A stretch of DNA of 64,000 bases from NCBI GenBank assembly GCA_965649765.1, contig OZ287753.1, positions 17,732,001 to 17,796,000 of the forward strand, written 5' to 3'. The stretch comes from Bispira polyomma (Eukaryota). Below are positions 53,794 to 63,900 of the stretch, one piece after another (position 1 is the stretch's first letter; every line of letters starts with the position of its first letter). The notes beneath the pieces were generated by a model. It was not told where the DNA came from and did not search any database. It was given only the letters and a program-made list of their open reading frames with translations. A program made the position numbers and the translations under genes.

Positions 53794-54346
53794 CAGTGCC
53801 CTACCCTAGTAAACTTGTAGATGTGGTGTAACACAGGAAAATAACAAGAAAGGTAGGTTTTGGGGATATTAGCTTTAATTTGACTATGTTATCACTAATA
53901 ATTATTTACATACTGTGTAGTAAGGGGCCACCTTAGCCCCAAGAGTTTAGGAGAAGTTAAGAGTTTAAGGTGACCTTAACCTGAGGACAACAGGCCAAAG
54001 TGACCAAAGGGATTTTTAAAATTTAAGGGGTAGCCCTAGCTTGAAAGTTAGGGCTACCTAAGATTGAGTTTAAGGTTAAGGGTAGCCCTAACTTGGAAGT
54101 TAGGGTTACCAAAGATTGAAATTTTAAGGTTGAATTTAGGGGTAACCCTAACTTGAAGTTAGGGTAACCTTAGAATGAGTTTAAGTTTAAGAAAAATGGT
54201 AACCTTAGATTTTATTTGAGGTTGCCAAACGAGATTTAGTAAAGATGTAAAATGATTAAATTAGTATAAGGTAAGGTGGCCCCAAAATATTTATATTTAA
54301 GCATTATTATATTTTATTTGTATATAATGTATGTAAATAAAGCCCC
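53794..54346 (-). repeat. E2 repeat B2 (553 bp)
   Basis: Matches 55448-56000 with two substitutions seen. Confidence 0.95.
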
Positions 54347-55251
54347 CAAAAAGGGTAAAATTGAAATTAAAAAACCATGGTACTAGCTAAGAAACTAAAA
54401 CCTGTGCTGCTCACTAATAAAGTCCATAAGAGGAGCAAAAACTCACTAAACCTTAAACCCCTAGCATATACAATTACCATGGCTTACAGAGAACATGCAT
54501 ACAGACATAAGCAAAATATAAATCGAGTAGCTCTTGTCTTCCAGGAGGGCAGTGCTTGCTTGTATAGAGTTCATTCCTGACTGAGCCACAAGAGATCCAT
54601 GAATCCAGTGTGCCTGAAACTACATGCTTACAGTTGAACATGTGATCACAAAGTTACCAAATGCACTTGCACACAACATGATGTGCAATGCATTATAACG
54701 TTATACTAGCGACAACACGAGGTTGCGAAATACAAACATTTTACAAATCCAGTCCTCGTTGTGACGAGGAACAACATTAATAGTTATACTTTACATGCTA
54801 CTATGACAACAAAAAGGATGCGACTTCACATACTGTACACATATAAAATCGTGCTGCCTGACGCAGGACATTTGACAACATTATCAATTTGATATACAAC
54901 AAAGGGAAGACCCTGAAAACAATAAAGTAACATACATTGATAACTACAAAAGGAGACGCAACCTCAGCAGCAAGCAGCTACCTAAAATTAAGTGTTGGCC
55001 CCTAAGGGCCCTGGTGTTACCCAGAAAAGTATGGGAGATAAGTCACCTGAGGCCCCAGAAGGCCCCCAAGGGCGGGGAACTGTGAAGGCCAGCAGTAATG
55101 CATAACTCGTGGGCCCACAGCCCCGAGCCCCCACCCCCCTGCGCCAAGGTGTAAAGTGAGACTTCAGGAACCCCAGGGACTGCATGCCGCACTCCAGGGA
55201 CGGACGCATAGCTGAAAACTACAGAGGAAGTAGTAGGGGCAAGTGGGTGGG

Positions 55252-55451
55252 TAATGTAAAATATTAAAGATGGCGTTGTTGCCCAAATGACTTCAATAGT
55301 ATAAGTGAGGATTCTAGCTAAAAAGCGGGAAAACAGAGGTTAATTAGTACACAAGTGACCAATTAGGAAGGGGTTCATAGGGCATGAACCCAGGGTAGAA
55401 AATACTAGTAGCACTGAACTTGCTATCCCCTACGGCGCTACCCCGCACAGT
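55252..55451 (-). repeat. E2 repeat A2 (200 bp)
   Basis: No mismatch seen against 60786-60985. Confidence 0.95.
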
Positions 55452-56000
55452 GCCCTACCCTAGTAAACTTGTAGATGTGGTGTAATACAGGAAAATAACA
55501 AGAAAGGTAGGTTTTGGGGATATTAGCTTTAATTTGACTATGTTATCACTAATAATTATTTACATACTGTGTAGTAAGGGGCCACCTTAGCCCCAAGAGT
55601 TTAGGAGAAGTTAAGAGTTTAAGGTGACCTTAACCTGAGGACAACAGGCCAAAGTGACCAAAGGGATTTTTAAAATTTAAGGGGTAGCCCTAGCTTGAAA
55701 GTTAGGGCTACCTAAGATTGAGTTTAAGGTTAAGGGTAGCCCTAACTTGGAAGTTAGGGTTACCAAAGATTGAAATTTTAAGGTTGAATTTAGGGGTAAC
55801 CCTAACTTGAAGTTAGGGTAACCTTAGAATGAGTTTAAGTTTAAGAAAAATGGTAACCTTAGATTTTATTTGAGGTTGCCAAAAGAGATTTAGTAAAGAT
55901 GTAAAATGATTAAATTAGTATAAGGTAAGGTGGCCCCAAAATATTTATATTTAAGCATTATTATATTTTATTTGTATATAATGTATGTAAATAAAGCCCC
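55448..56000 (-). repeat. E2 repeat B1 (553 bp)
   Basis: Begins about 10 nt after the YR stop and overlaps A2 by the CAGT core. Confidence 0.95.
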
Positions 56001-56009
56001 AAAGCCCAA

Positions 56010-57056
56010 CTAGGAAGTAGTGGAAGGGGAAAGGAGGGCCTTGAAGGTGAGGGCGACTTGGTCAGATGCATTGTGATCCTGTACAATATATTTCCACACA
56101 CAATCAGACGTCCAAGTGCCATGGCTCTGGATATCTTGAATTGGGACATTATTGTTGAAGGCCAAGGTGGCACCTGAACGCCTGAAGGTGTGGAAAGAAA
56201 TGTTTGATTGCTGGAGGCCAAGACGCCTCAAAATTTGAGTGAGATTTTGTCTAGCTTGGGTGTCAATCATTGGGGCCCATTTATGGTCTTTTTTAAACTG
56301 AAAGAGAGGAGAATTTTTGTGTCCAGGAGTAATAGCTAGTAAGGCCCTTGTGGCAGCCACCGGACAAAGACTAGAGCCACTTAGGCTCGGTATTTTAATA
56401 ACTTTTGCTACATTCTTTGACTGCATTGTTTTAGACCACTTTATTATGAGGTGGAGGCCAGGGGAGGCAAAAAGTACGTCCCCCCGGGACAGTTGGACTA
56501 GTGAAGAGAATTGAGAGACAGCATGTGGAAGTAAGTTCGATATTCTAAGAAAAGAAAAGAAAGCAATGAGGTACAGAGCCTTGAAGACCTGCCCCATGTA
56601 CATGCTGTCACAAATTTGAGTAATTTGGAGTAACAGGGGAATGTCAATAATAGCGTTAATTTTAGCGATGAAGGGGCTATTGAGTGTGAGGGCTTTTTGG
56701 TAATACTTAATTCTAGGATCTGCAAATGCAGAGACGTCAAGGCCATAGAGGGCCAATTTAGCCTTAACCGCCGAGAGGTAGTTTGCAATGGAGGAGGAAG
56801 AGACATGATTAACCACTAATACTTCTAAGAAAGCCAATACAATGAGGGGGGAGATATTTTGAGGCCTGACCTGAGCAAAACTACAATAGGCCAAGAATAT
56901 CCTAAACATATTTGTATAGGCCCTTTCAGTGGCTGGTCTAAAGGCCTGATGGGCTCTGTATGAGGCTTGTGTAGCAATCTTTCTTAGCTTGGAAGGTACA
57001 TCTGCAATTAGATAGACCAATCTATTTCTAACATTGTGTCTTTTACTTTTACCCAT
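56010..57056 (-). CDS. E2 tyrosine recombinase, intact; probably entered by splicing at 57001
   Basis: Full catalytic set: FLRISN (R), KWSKT (K), FHTFRRSGA (HxxR), HGTW and KYI (Y). Confidence 0.93.
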   Translation of the reverse strand: MGKSKRHNVRNRLVYLIADVPSKLRKIATQASYRAHQAFRPATERAYTNMFRIFLAYCSFAQVRPQNISPLIVLAFLEVLVVNHVSSSSIANYLSAVKAKLALYGLDVSAFADPRIKYYQKALTLNSPFIAKINAIIDIPLLLQITQICDSMYMGQVFKALYLIAFFSFLRISNLLPHAVSQFSSLVQLSRGDVLFASPGLHLIIKWSKTMQSKNVAKVIKIPSLSGSSLCPVAATRALLAITPGHKNSPLFQFKKDHKWAPMIDTQARQNLTQILRRLGLQQSNISFHTFRRSGATLAFNNNVPIQDIQSHGTWTSDCVWKYIVQDHNASDQVALTFKALLSPSTTS

Positions 57057-59488
57057 TTGGGATTCGATACCAGTTCTAGTAACTTGTCATTATTGCTGGC
57101 CGTGATCTGCCACCTAGAGAGGAGATCAGCCACTGTATTAAGTCTACCTAAAATGTGAATGGTTTTGAGACTGATATCATGGGAGGCTACGGTCATGAAG
57201 ATGTTTCTGGCAATAGCTGCCAAAGTGAGGTCTTTAGTTTTGCCTGAATTGAGGATAGTGACCACGGCAGCATTGTCGCATTGCAATATTAACCTCTTAC
57301 CTGCCCACGCTGACTTCCATAGCCTAATGGCAACTAAGATGTTTAACATCTCCAGATGAACTATCGTGAAATCTAGATAACCTAGAGGAATTTGGAATTG
57401 GTATACCTCATCATTACAACGGCCTCCCAGACCTTGGAGGCACGCATCCAACTGAATACAATCGGTAGTGGGTTTGTGTTCAAAGAAGGCTTTTCCATTA
57501 AATGTTGGTAAAAATTTTTTAAACCAATTTACATCCTGATGAAACTCAGGTGTAAGTTTTACTTTTTGATCCGGGCCTACAGATCTTAGGACGTCAAGCA
57601 TTCGGTTTAAGAAAGCACGTGAAACTCGAACACATTTGGATACATATAACAATTTACCTAGCAGTGACTGCAACTCCCTCTTACTGCAGTAGTTTCTTAA
57701 TTGCCAGTCTTGCACAAGTGTGTTTATTTCTAGTAGCTTTTCATCTGGCAATGAGATTGTCAAGTCATTTGTATTAACTAACACCCCCAGACACGTTACT
57801 GACGTGCTGGGGTGAACAAGTTTTTTGTGACTAATCGCAAAGCCTAGTTCCTGGAGTAAGTTGAGCAATATATCAAATGAATGTTTACTTTCTATGACGT
57901 CACCATAGCCGATTACGTCGTCGATATAGTTGGTGACGTCATGTCCGTGACGTTTCATGATGTACCTGACGGCGTCACTTAATCGCTGAAAAATGGCGCT
58001 CCCGTGCCGAAAACCAAATGGGAGGCAAGAGTCGACGTAGTATTTGTCTAATTTTAAGCCTAATAGATTGTAATCGGCTGGATCCATTTTTACGTGACGA
58101 AATGCCCGACTTACGTCAATTTTATATAAGAGCGTTCCACGTCCCATACGACATATTTTGTTTGTGATTGTGTCAATTGTAGGAAGGGTTAATGCAAACG
58201 CAGTACCGAGATACTTATCCTTGACTACAGCCGAATTCACAGAGTTGCCATGAGGAAAGCTTAAATCTATGATAACGCGCCTGTGTGCGGCACCTGGCTT
58301 TTCCCTAGTCATAAAGGGAGAAATATGGAGGTTTTGTATGGGGGCCTTATGGAAAGGGCCCAACATGGCGCCTAACTCAGTCTCTTCTTTTAAATAAGCA
58401 TGCACATCATCTGGAAATTGTGTTGCAGATGAATGATTCTGTTCTGTATGAGATAACTTGCTGTCAGGATTAAAATCGAGGGGAAACCCATATCTTATCA
58501 AAAAGGGAAGTTGTTTATCCCAGTAGTCAGTCAAGTATTTTTCCCATACATCTGGGTTCAACTCAGATTTCAATTGAACTTGTGCCCCCATATAATTTGG
58601 GTAGTTGTCCTGCTTAATCTGAGTGTGTAACTCTAACAGAGACTTATCCGACTTTACTCGTTTATCCGTTTGGGGAACTTGGAGGTCATTTAGCGGAATA
58701 AACCCATACTTATCTGTAGTTTGAGTATCCCATTGCTGGAACTGAGGCTGGTTGCAAGCACGTTTTATAAGTTCCTTGTTTTTCGATTTAGTTTGTAGTT
58801 CTAGGTCATATTTGTCTGATTTTATTCCCCCAATACCTCGAGAGAGTATTTTAAGACCTTGACCTTGGTTACAAGTATCTGGTAAATGTGTGACAGAGTT
58901 GTCACTAGTGTCCATATAATGGTCATTGTCACTCAAAGGGGAAAACCTATTGTGAGTGGAAATGGGCCATTTGCCCTGAATGTCTAATTTTGTGCTTTCC
59001 AGCTTTTGGCCAAATTGATCACCTTTTGTTGGAGGGGGTTTACCCATTTCTGACATTACATTATTCCTCTGTGCACTTGTAAAAGGGAAAGCTCCTTTTG
59101 TGAAAGCTTTAACACTCACTCTGTGCCCCAGTTCATGTTTTGTGGACACTTCTGACATTTGGTTATTATTTAAACATGGTGAACATTTAACATGGTGACT
59201 TTGACACCTCTGATTCACATTTGCACTTTGTACAGAAACCTTTATGGCAGCAGACCTGGAGGGAGCCTTTCTTTTAACCACATCAGCATAAGATCTATTT
59301 ACAAATTTGGCCCAATCTGCCCTCCAATGTGTACTGCCAGTATTACATTTAAGACTATTAAACATAGTTCTAGTGGGAAAACCTTTAGAATTATTTACAA
59401 CTTTTTGTGCAAGTTTTTTACTGACCACCTCTTGTGTGGAAGAAACATAGGCTGGCACTGCATTACGGCAGTGCCTTACTCGTTTTTT
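57008..59488 (-). CDS. pol: E2 ORF2, reverse transcriptase plus RNase H, in the -1 frame from gag
   Basis: KIDVSRAFRH, LPFGF and YIDD (RT); DAC, E, QCDN and N.VAD.LSR (RNase H). The track start 59458 is GTG, and the frame is open back through the slippery site. Confidence 0.93.
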   Translation of the reverse strand, partial: KKRVRHCRNAVPAYVSSTQEVVSKKLAQKVVNNSKGFPTRTMFNSLKCNTGSTHWRADWAKFVNRSYADVVKRKAPSRSAAIKVSVQSANVNQRCQSHHVKCSPCLNNNQMSEVSTKHELGHRVSVKAFTKGAFPFTSAQRNNVMSEMGKPPPTKGDQFGQKLESTKLDIQGKWPISTHNRFSPLSDNDHYMDTSDNSVTHLPDTCNQGQGLKILSRGIGGIKSDKYDLELQTKSKNKELIKRACNQPQFQQWDTQTTDKYGFIPLNDLQVPQTDKRVKSDKSLLELHTQIKQDNYPNYMGAQVQLKSELNPDVWEKYLTDYWDKQLPFLIRYGFPLDFNPDSKLSHTEQNHSSATQFPDDVHAYLKEETELGAMLGPFHKAPIQNLHISPFMTREKPGAAHRRVIIDLSFPHGNSVNSAVVKDKYLGTAFALTLPTIDTITNKICRMGRGTLLYKIDVSRAFRHVKMDPADYNLLGLKLDKYYVDSCLPFGFRHGSAIFQRLSDAVRYIMKRHGHDVTNYIDDVIGYGDVIESKHSFDILLNLLQELGFAISHKKLVHPSTSVTCLGVLVNTNDLTISLPDEKLLEINTLVQDWQLRNYCSKRELQSLLGKLLYVSKCVRVSRAFLNRMLDVLRSVGPDQKVKLTPEFHQDVNWFKKFLPTFNGKAFFEHKPTTDCIQLDACLQGLGGRCNDEVYQFQIPLGYLDFTIVHLEMLNILVAIRLWKSAWAGKRLILQCDNAAVVTILNSGKTKDLTLAAIARNIFMTVASHDISLKTIHILGRLNTVADLLSRWQITASNNDKLLELVSNPKWVKVKDTMLEIDWSI
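59454..59488 (-). promoter_or_regulatory. Putative -1 programmed ribosomal frameshift signal
   Basis: A_AAA_AAC (59488-59482) in the gag frame, 6-nt spacer GAGTAA, perfect hairpin GGCACTGC-CGTAAT-GCAGTGCC (59475-59454). Confidence 0.8.
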
Positions 59489-60450
59489 AACGGATATTTT
59501 TTACAGTCTTTTGCAGGGTGGGGGTAATACCTCCCATTTTGAAAGCATTGGTTACACACGTGACTATATGACACACCTTTGAATTCGTGATCCCCTTTTT
59601 GGGGGCAAGTACCCTTTTGGAAGTACCTACATGGGATGGACTTCTCATGACTTTTCCTGGTGTTGGTTTGATGATTACTATTTGCAGTCTGGATGACAAC
59701 CCTTTGGGCATGAGCCCGTCTAATCCTGTCCAACTTGTGGGCATCTCCCCAGGTTACCTTACCCTCTTCCATTTTACACAGTACAACGGCATGGCTAGCC
59801 TTAGCCGAGGTCCAGGAAAAGTCATGAGCGTCCTCCATGAGGTCAGTGAGATAGTCCAACATTTGGTTCTTAACGTCTAAACTACTTTCATCTCTAGCTA
59901 TACTGGCAAAACCAGAGACCCACTGGGCCATTGACAACGCGTCATACGTAACTCGTGTTTTGTTTTGTCCCCCTAGTATAACGTTCTGAAGCCAAGCCAC
60001 CTTATTCTTCACCCACAGAGTGTCGGGACCCCCTCTTTGAGATTTTGACGTACCTGATTCATTAATGGCCACCAATTCCTTAAGACGTGAATCCACTGCA
60101 GTCTGTAGGGAGTCGGATGAACGTAGTGTCTGTAGCGTCGGAACCAGTAGCTCAGAAGTGGTTAGCTCCGCCTGTCTAGGTTGGGCTGCACTCCCCGGGC
60201 TCGACGCCGGCAAAGCCTGGGCTCCATGTGAACTGCGATAAACTTGCTGCTCAACTTGGGTCATACGCCCACTTAATGCTTTGAGTTCAGTCAAAATTTG
60301 TAGGTTAACGTCGGCAGCAGTTACACCATCGCTAGCCACAGAGTTCTGCTTGGAAGTTCCCACACCGGTATATAATTTACAGTTTTCATCAATGGGTTTA
60401 ATATGACTAGTTTCACACTTGTGACAGTAGTATTGTTTCCTCGGGGCCAT
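59476..60450 (-). CDS. gag: E2 ORF1, Gag-like protein (324 aa)
   Basis: N-terminal CHKC-ETS-H-x7-C, a coiled-coil-like segment, and C-terminal CRYFQKGTC..H...HVCNQC..HPAKDC. Confidence 0.88.
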   Translation of the reverse strand: MAPRKQYYCHKCETSHIKPIDENCKLYTGVGTSKQNSVASDGVTAADVNLQILTELKALSGRMTQVEQQVYRSSHGAQALPASSPGSAAQPRQAELTTSELLVPTLQTLRSSDSLQTAVDSRLKELVAINESGTSKSQRGGPDTLWVKNKVAWLQNVILGGQNKTRVTYDALSMAQWVSGFASIARDESSLDVKNQMLDYLTDLMEDAHDFSWTSAKASHAVVLCKMEEGKVTWGDAHKLDRIRRAHAQRVVIQTANSNHQTNTRKSHEKSIPCRYFQKGTCPQKGDHEFKGVSYSHVCNQCFQNGRYYPHPAKDCKKYPLKNE

Positions 60451-60785
60451 AGCCTCTGAATAATATAAGAACTCGTATCTTTGATACCTGCAACTATACT
60501 AAAGGAACTGTAGCGCGATAATCTGAATTAAATTATATGTAATCAGGCAAATAGCCGTGAATTTGATGCAATATAATTGATTTGACCACGTTCCTTTACC
60601 ACCGCTCAAACGAGCATATAATCGCAAGACTCAAAGTAGAGTAAAACACAGGAATCCAGCAAAGACACTGCAGATCAGTTCCTCCTTAGTGTGTAGCACA
60701 ACTTAGTGAATCATTTGTTGCATTCTTTGTTTCCATAACACAAATATTAAAATCAGTGAAGTAAAAATAAAACACATAAAAATAA

Positions 60786-60985
60786 TAATGTAAAATATTA
60801 AAGATGGCGTTGTTGCCCAAATGACTTCAATAGTATAAGTGAGGATTCTAGCTAAAAAGCGGGAAAACAGAGGTTAATTAGTACACAAGTGACCAATTAG
60901 GAAGGGGTTCATAGGGCATGAACCCAGGGTAGAAAATACTAGTAGCACTGAACTTGCTATCCCCTACGGCGCTACCCCGCACAGT
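60786..60985 (-). repeat. E2 repeat A1 (200 bp), contains the putative promoter
   Basis: CCAAT 60893-60897, TTTCCCGC 60866-60859 and CGCCATCTT 60809-60801. Hairpin GGGTTCAT-AGGGC-ATGAACCC. Confidence 0.95.
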
Positions 60986-63900
60986 TTTGTTCCAGGCAAC
61001 TTCTTGGGTAGTTATATTTGAGATGTTGTTTGTACCCTTCTTACTGTGGGCACATGTGACAGTTTTAATTGATTCTCTTAATATATAAAAATTATATTTC
61101 TTGTTTGCAAATGACCCCCAGCCAAAAAAATACTGATGGCAGATTCAAAAATGATTTTAAAATACCAATAATATGCCAAGGGTGTAGGATGGAATCTTGG
61201 AGATTTCTACCATATATTTATTCACCTACAAATCAAAGCTCTCTGGGACAATTTGTTGTTCACATCAACAGTAAAGGGATGTCCTTACATGCCATTCTGT
61301 AGAGGACTATTAATCAATGGGGCACTTTGAGTTAATGCAAAAATAGGCTGTGGTCCCATTATAGAGTGGCATATGTTGATAATAAGATCCATCTGTTTAA
61401 CAATGCCACAAATTTATAGAATGTGCTCACTCCAGTTCTGTGATTTGGCCTACTTGTAAATGCCCACCACAAATCCCTGTATTTAAAGTACAATAACAGG
61501 AAATTTGTCTCTCGAAACAGGTTGATGGACAAAAAGCATATGACGAATTGTACAGTTCAATGGAGTTTTTTGATCCATTAAATACCCTGCTACTCTTTAT
61601 TATTACTTAATATAAGTATAACTGTATTATAATTGGTGGTGAATGGCAAAAAAATAAGACGAACTGACCGACAATTTATTTTCACAAATGATTAAATTAA
61701 GCCTATCATGGTTCAATGGTGTTACATCACTTGTAAGAATTTTAACTTTAAAGCAGTTCTATGCAGTAGATGAAGAGTATGGTTTTTATTTAGTATTTCT
61801 GAAAGGGTTTAGAATTCAATTAGTGCTCATGCCAATGTGTTAGCAGGTTACCGGGGCATGCAGGTTTAATTGCAAAAACCATGCAGTGTCATTCCCATAT
61901 GATTTTTGCTGGACAACAAAAAACACAACAGTTTACTCTAAGGAAGGCAGTAACTCAAATAACATCTTAATGACCTTTCAGTAAGACAAAAATTAGTAGT
62001 TACTTATGGCTATTAGATCAGCATCAAGCCCTACTTAGGTATGTCTTCTGTCCTCTTATTTGAGCATTAACCAACTGTGATAAATACAATTTGTAAGCTG
62101 CAACAGGGTTTTTTGTAAAGACGCAGAAAGAAAGGGAAACAATTAAGAGATATAACCACACAATGTATTTCTACAGAGAAATATTGATATTTGGTCCTTT
62201 TCTTTTTTTTCAAAGTTGCTCTGTATTTTAGAGAAAACAAATTGAATAACAAAAACACAATAATGTTGCTTGCACAGTTCTAAACATGAATATGTATACT
62301 TTATCTTATCAGAGATCTGGTAATGATATCTACATTACCCTTCAGTATAACTTTTAATAGAAAAAAAAACACTATATAATCTATATAAGCAGTAATATTA
62401 ATATACGAGTTGATTTTTTTTCTGTGTATCTAATGATAACATACCATCTGTTTTCAAAGATTAATTTTGTAACAGAATTATGAAAAACTAGTAGTTTTCC
62501 ACAAAAGTCTGAGAGAATGTACTTTGTTGACAATTAAAGTATGGCAACGAATTTGTGCACTGACAGCTCTGGTTTTACGAAATGCAATAATAAAGTCAGA
62601 GAGCATGTACTTTGTTGGCTATTAAAGTATGACAACCAATTATGCACTGACGGGTTTGATGTACACTTCTGGTCTATACTCCAGTGTATGAGTATATGTA
62701 GACATTCATTCACTGTTTTGCTTTGCCATATATTATCATACTATATAGTGATGTATGTTGTTATTTTAGTGTTATTTTGGCACATAAACTGCAATGCTAG
62801 CACATATAACTCAAAAGTTTTACACTCAGGCCTGCTTATCACTCCTAGAGAGAATATACCTGACATCCCCTCAATTTGGTCTGGTCGATTACTTCAACCA
62901 ATCCACGAAAGCATTACATATTATTTTCAAGATGGCTGCGCCATTGTTAGAATTAAAACAATATCAGGCTACACCAGGTAAAAAAATCAAAAGCACACTA
63001 TTGTTGACAGTAAGGTCAAATGTTATAGTCTTGAACCAGGACATTTTTTTCAATCCACATACCTCCCTAACCGCTGGGCGATGATTTCTATGTGGACGAT
63101 GTCAACAGTCATTCTTTACAATTGCTTTTAGATCTATATGCCCACAGAAAGCATTTGCAATTCCCCACACAAACAGCGTTTGAGTATTCAAAATTTAGAG
63201 TCTTGCATTCAGGATGACCAAACTACTCATACTAAAATGAAATAGAAACAGACCAAATTTTCTTGCAATAGTATATGTTTACAAATGTATAACAGAAGCA
63301 ATACTTATTTACAAAACCCAGATATTGGTAACAAGTAAATAATCAGCAACGTCTGTTTAGTGGGAGATTCTCTTGTTTGTGTTTCTGACAATACTATGGC
63401 ATCTGAAGTAATCAGGAGAGAAAGTGTACAGTACCAATGTAAGATGTATTGGCTATGTAAAGATAATATGGTTCTGGTTAACCTATGGTTCTTTGTAGTG
63501 GAAGAAGTCAGCTCTTGTTATCATGGATGATTTTTCGGTGAGATTAACAACAGAGATAAAAATTAACAATTGGCTAGGATTTACCTGAACATATCCAACA
63601 TGCTGAACCCTTATAATCACAATTATAAGGGTTTTGTCGTAATGTAGGGGGCCATTTCGACACCCTCACCGTTTCGAATCGGCTAGGGGGCGGGGAGCGT
63701 TTTAACACCCTCATATATTTGTATTGGTGTCTAGTTGGCGTGGCTATTTTGACACCAACAACAATAATTCTTAAAGATTTATTTAGGAAAACTATTATGT
63801 CTTTCTTGATTTTTACAAAAAAATATATCATTTTAAAGCTTACAACACAGAGATTTTAATAGTACAAAACATATTGCTATTTTATGAAGAAATCATTGTT

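Larger units (their letters stand above)
53794..60985 (-). mobile_element. Complete Ngaro-type YR retrotransposon E2 (7192 bp) with split direct repeats
   Basis: Element order A1 (60985-60786), gag, pol, YR, B1 (56000-55448), A2 (55451-55252), spacer, B2 (54346-53794). ORFs are intact. CAGT core is present at both ends and at the B1/A2 junction. Confidence 0.95.

Noticed and set aside
57008-59458. Classification of E1/E2 as DIRS1-like or PAT-like
   Set aside because: There are no inverted terminal repeats and no methyltransferase domain after RNase H. Split direct repeats without a methyltransferase fit Ngaro.
60456-60490. CAG|GTATCA donor and TTCAG acceptor just upstream of E2 gag
   Set aside because: The implied intron is only about 30 nt. 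The acceptor might pair with a donor further upstream, but none is convincing.
62541-63084. 146-aa and 96-aa ORFs
   Set aside because: They show no domain features and partly overlap a dispersed non-coding repeat.
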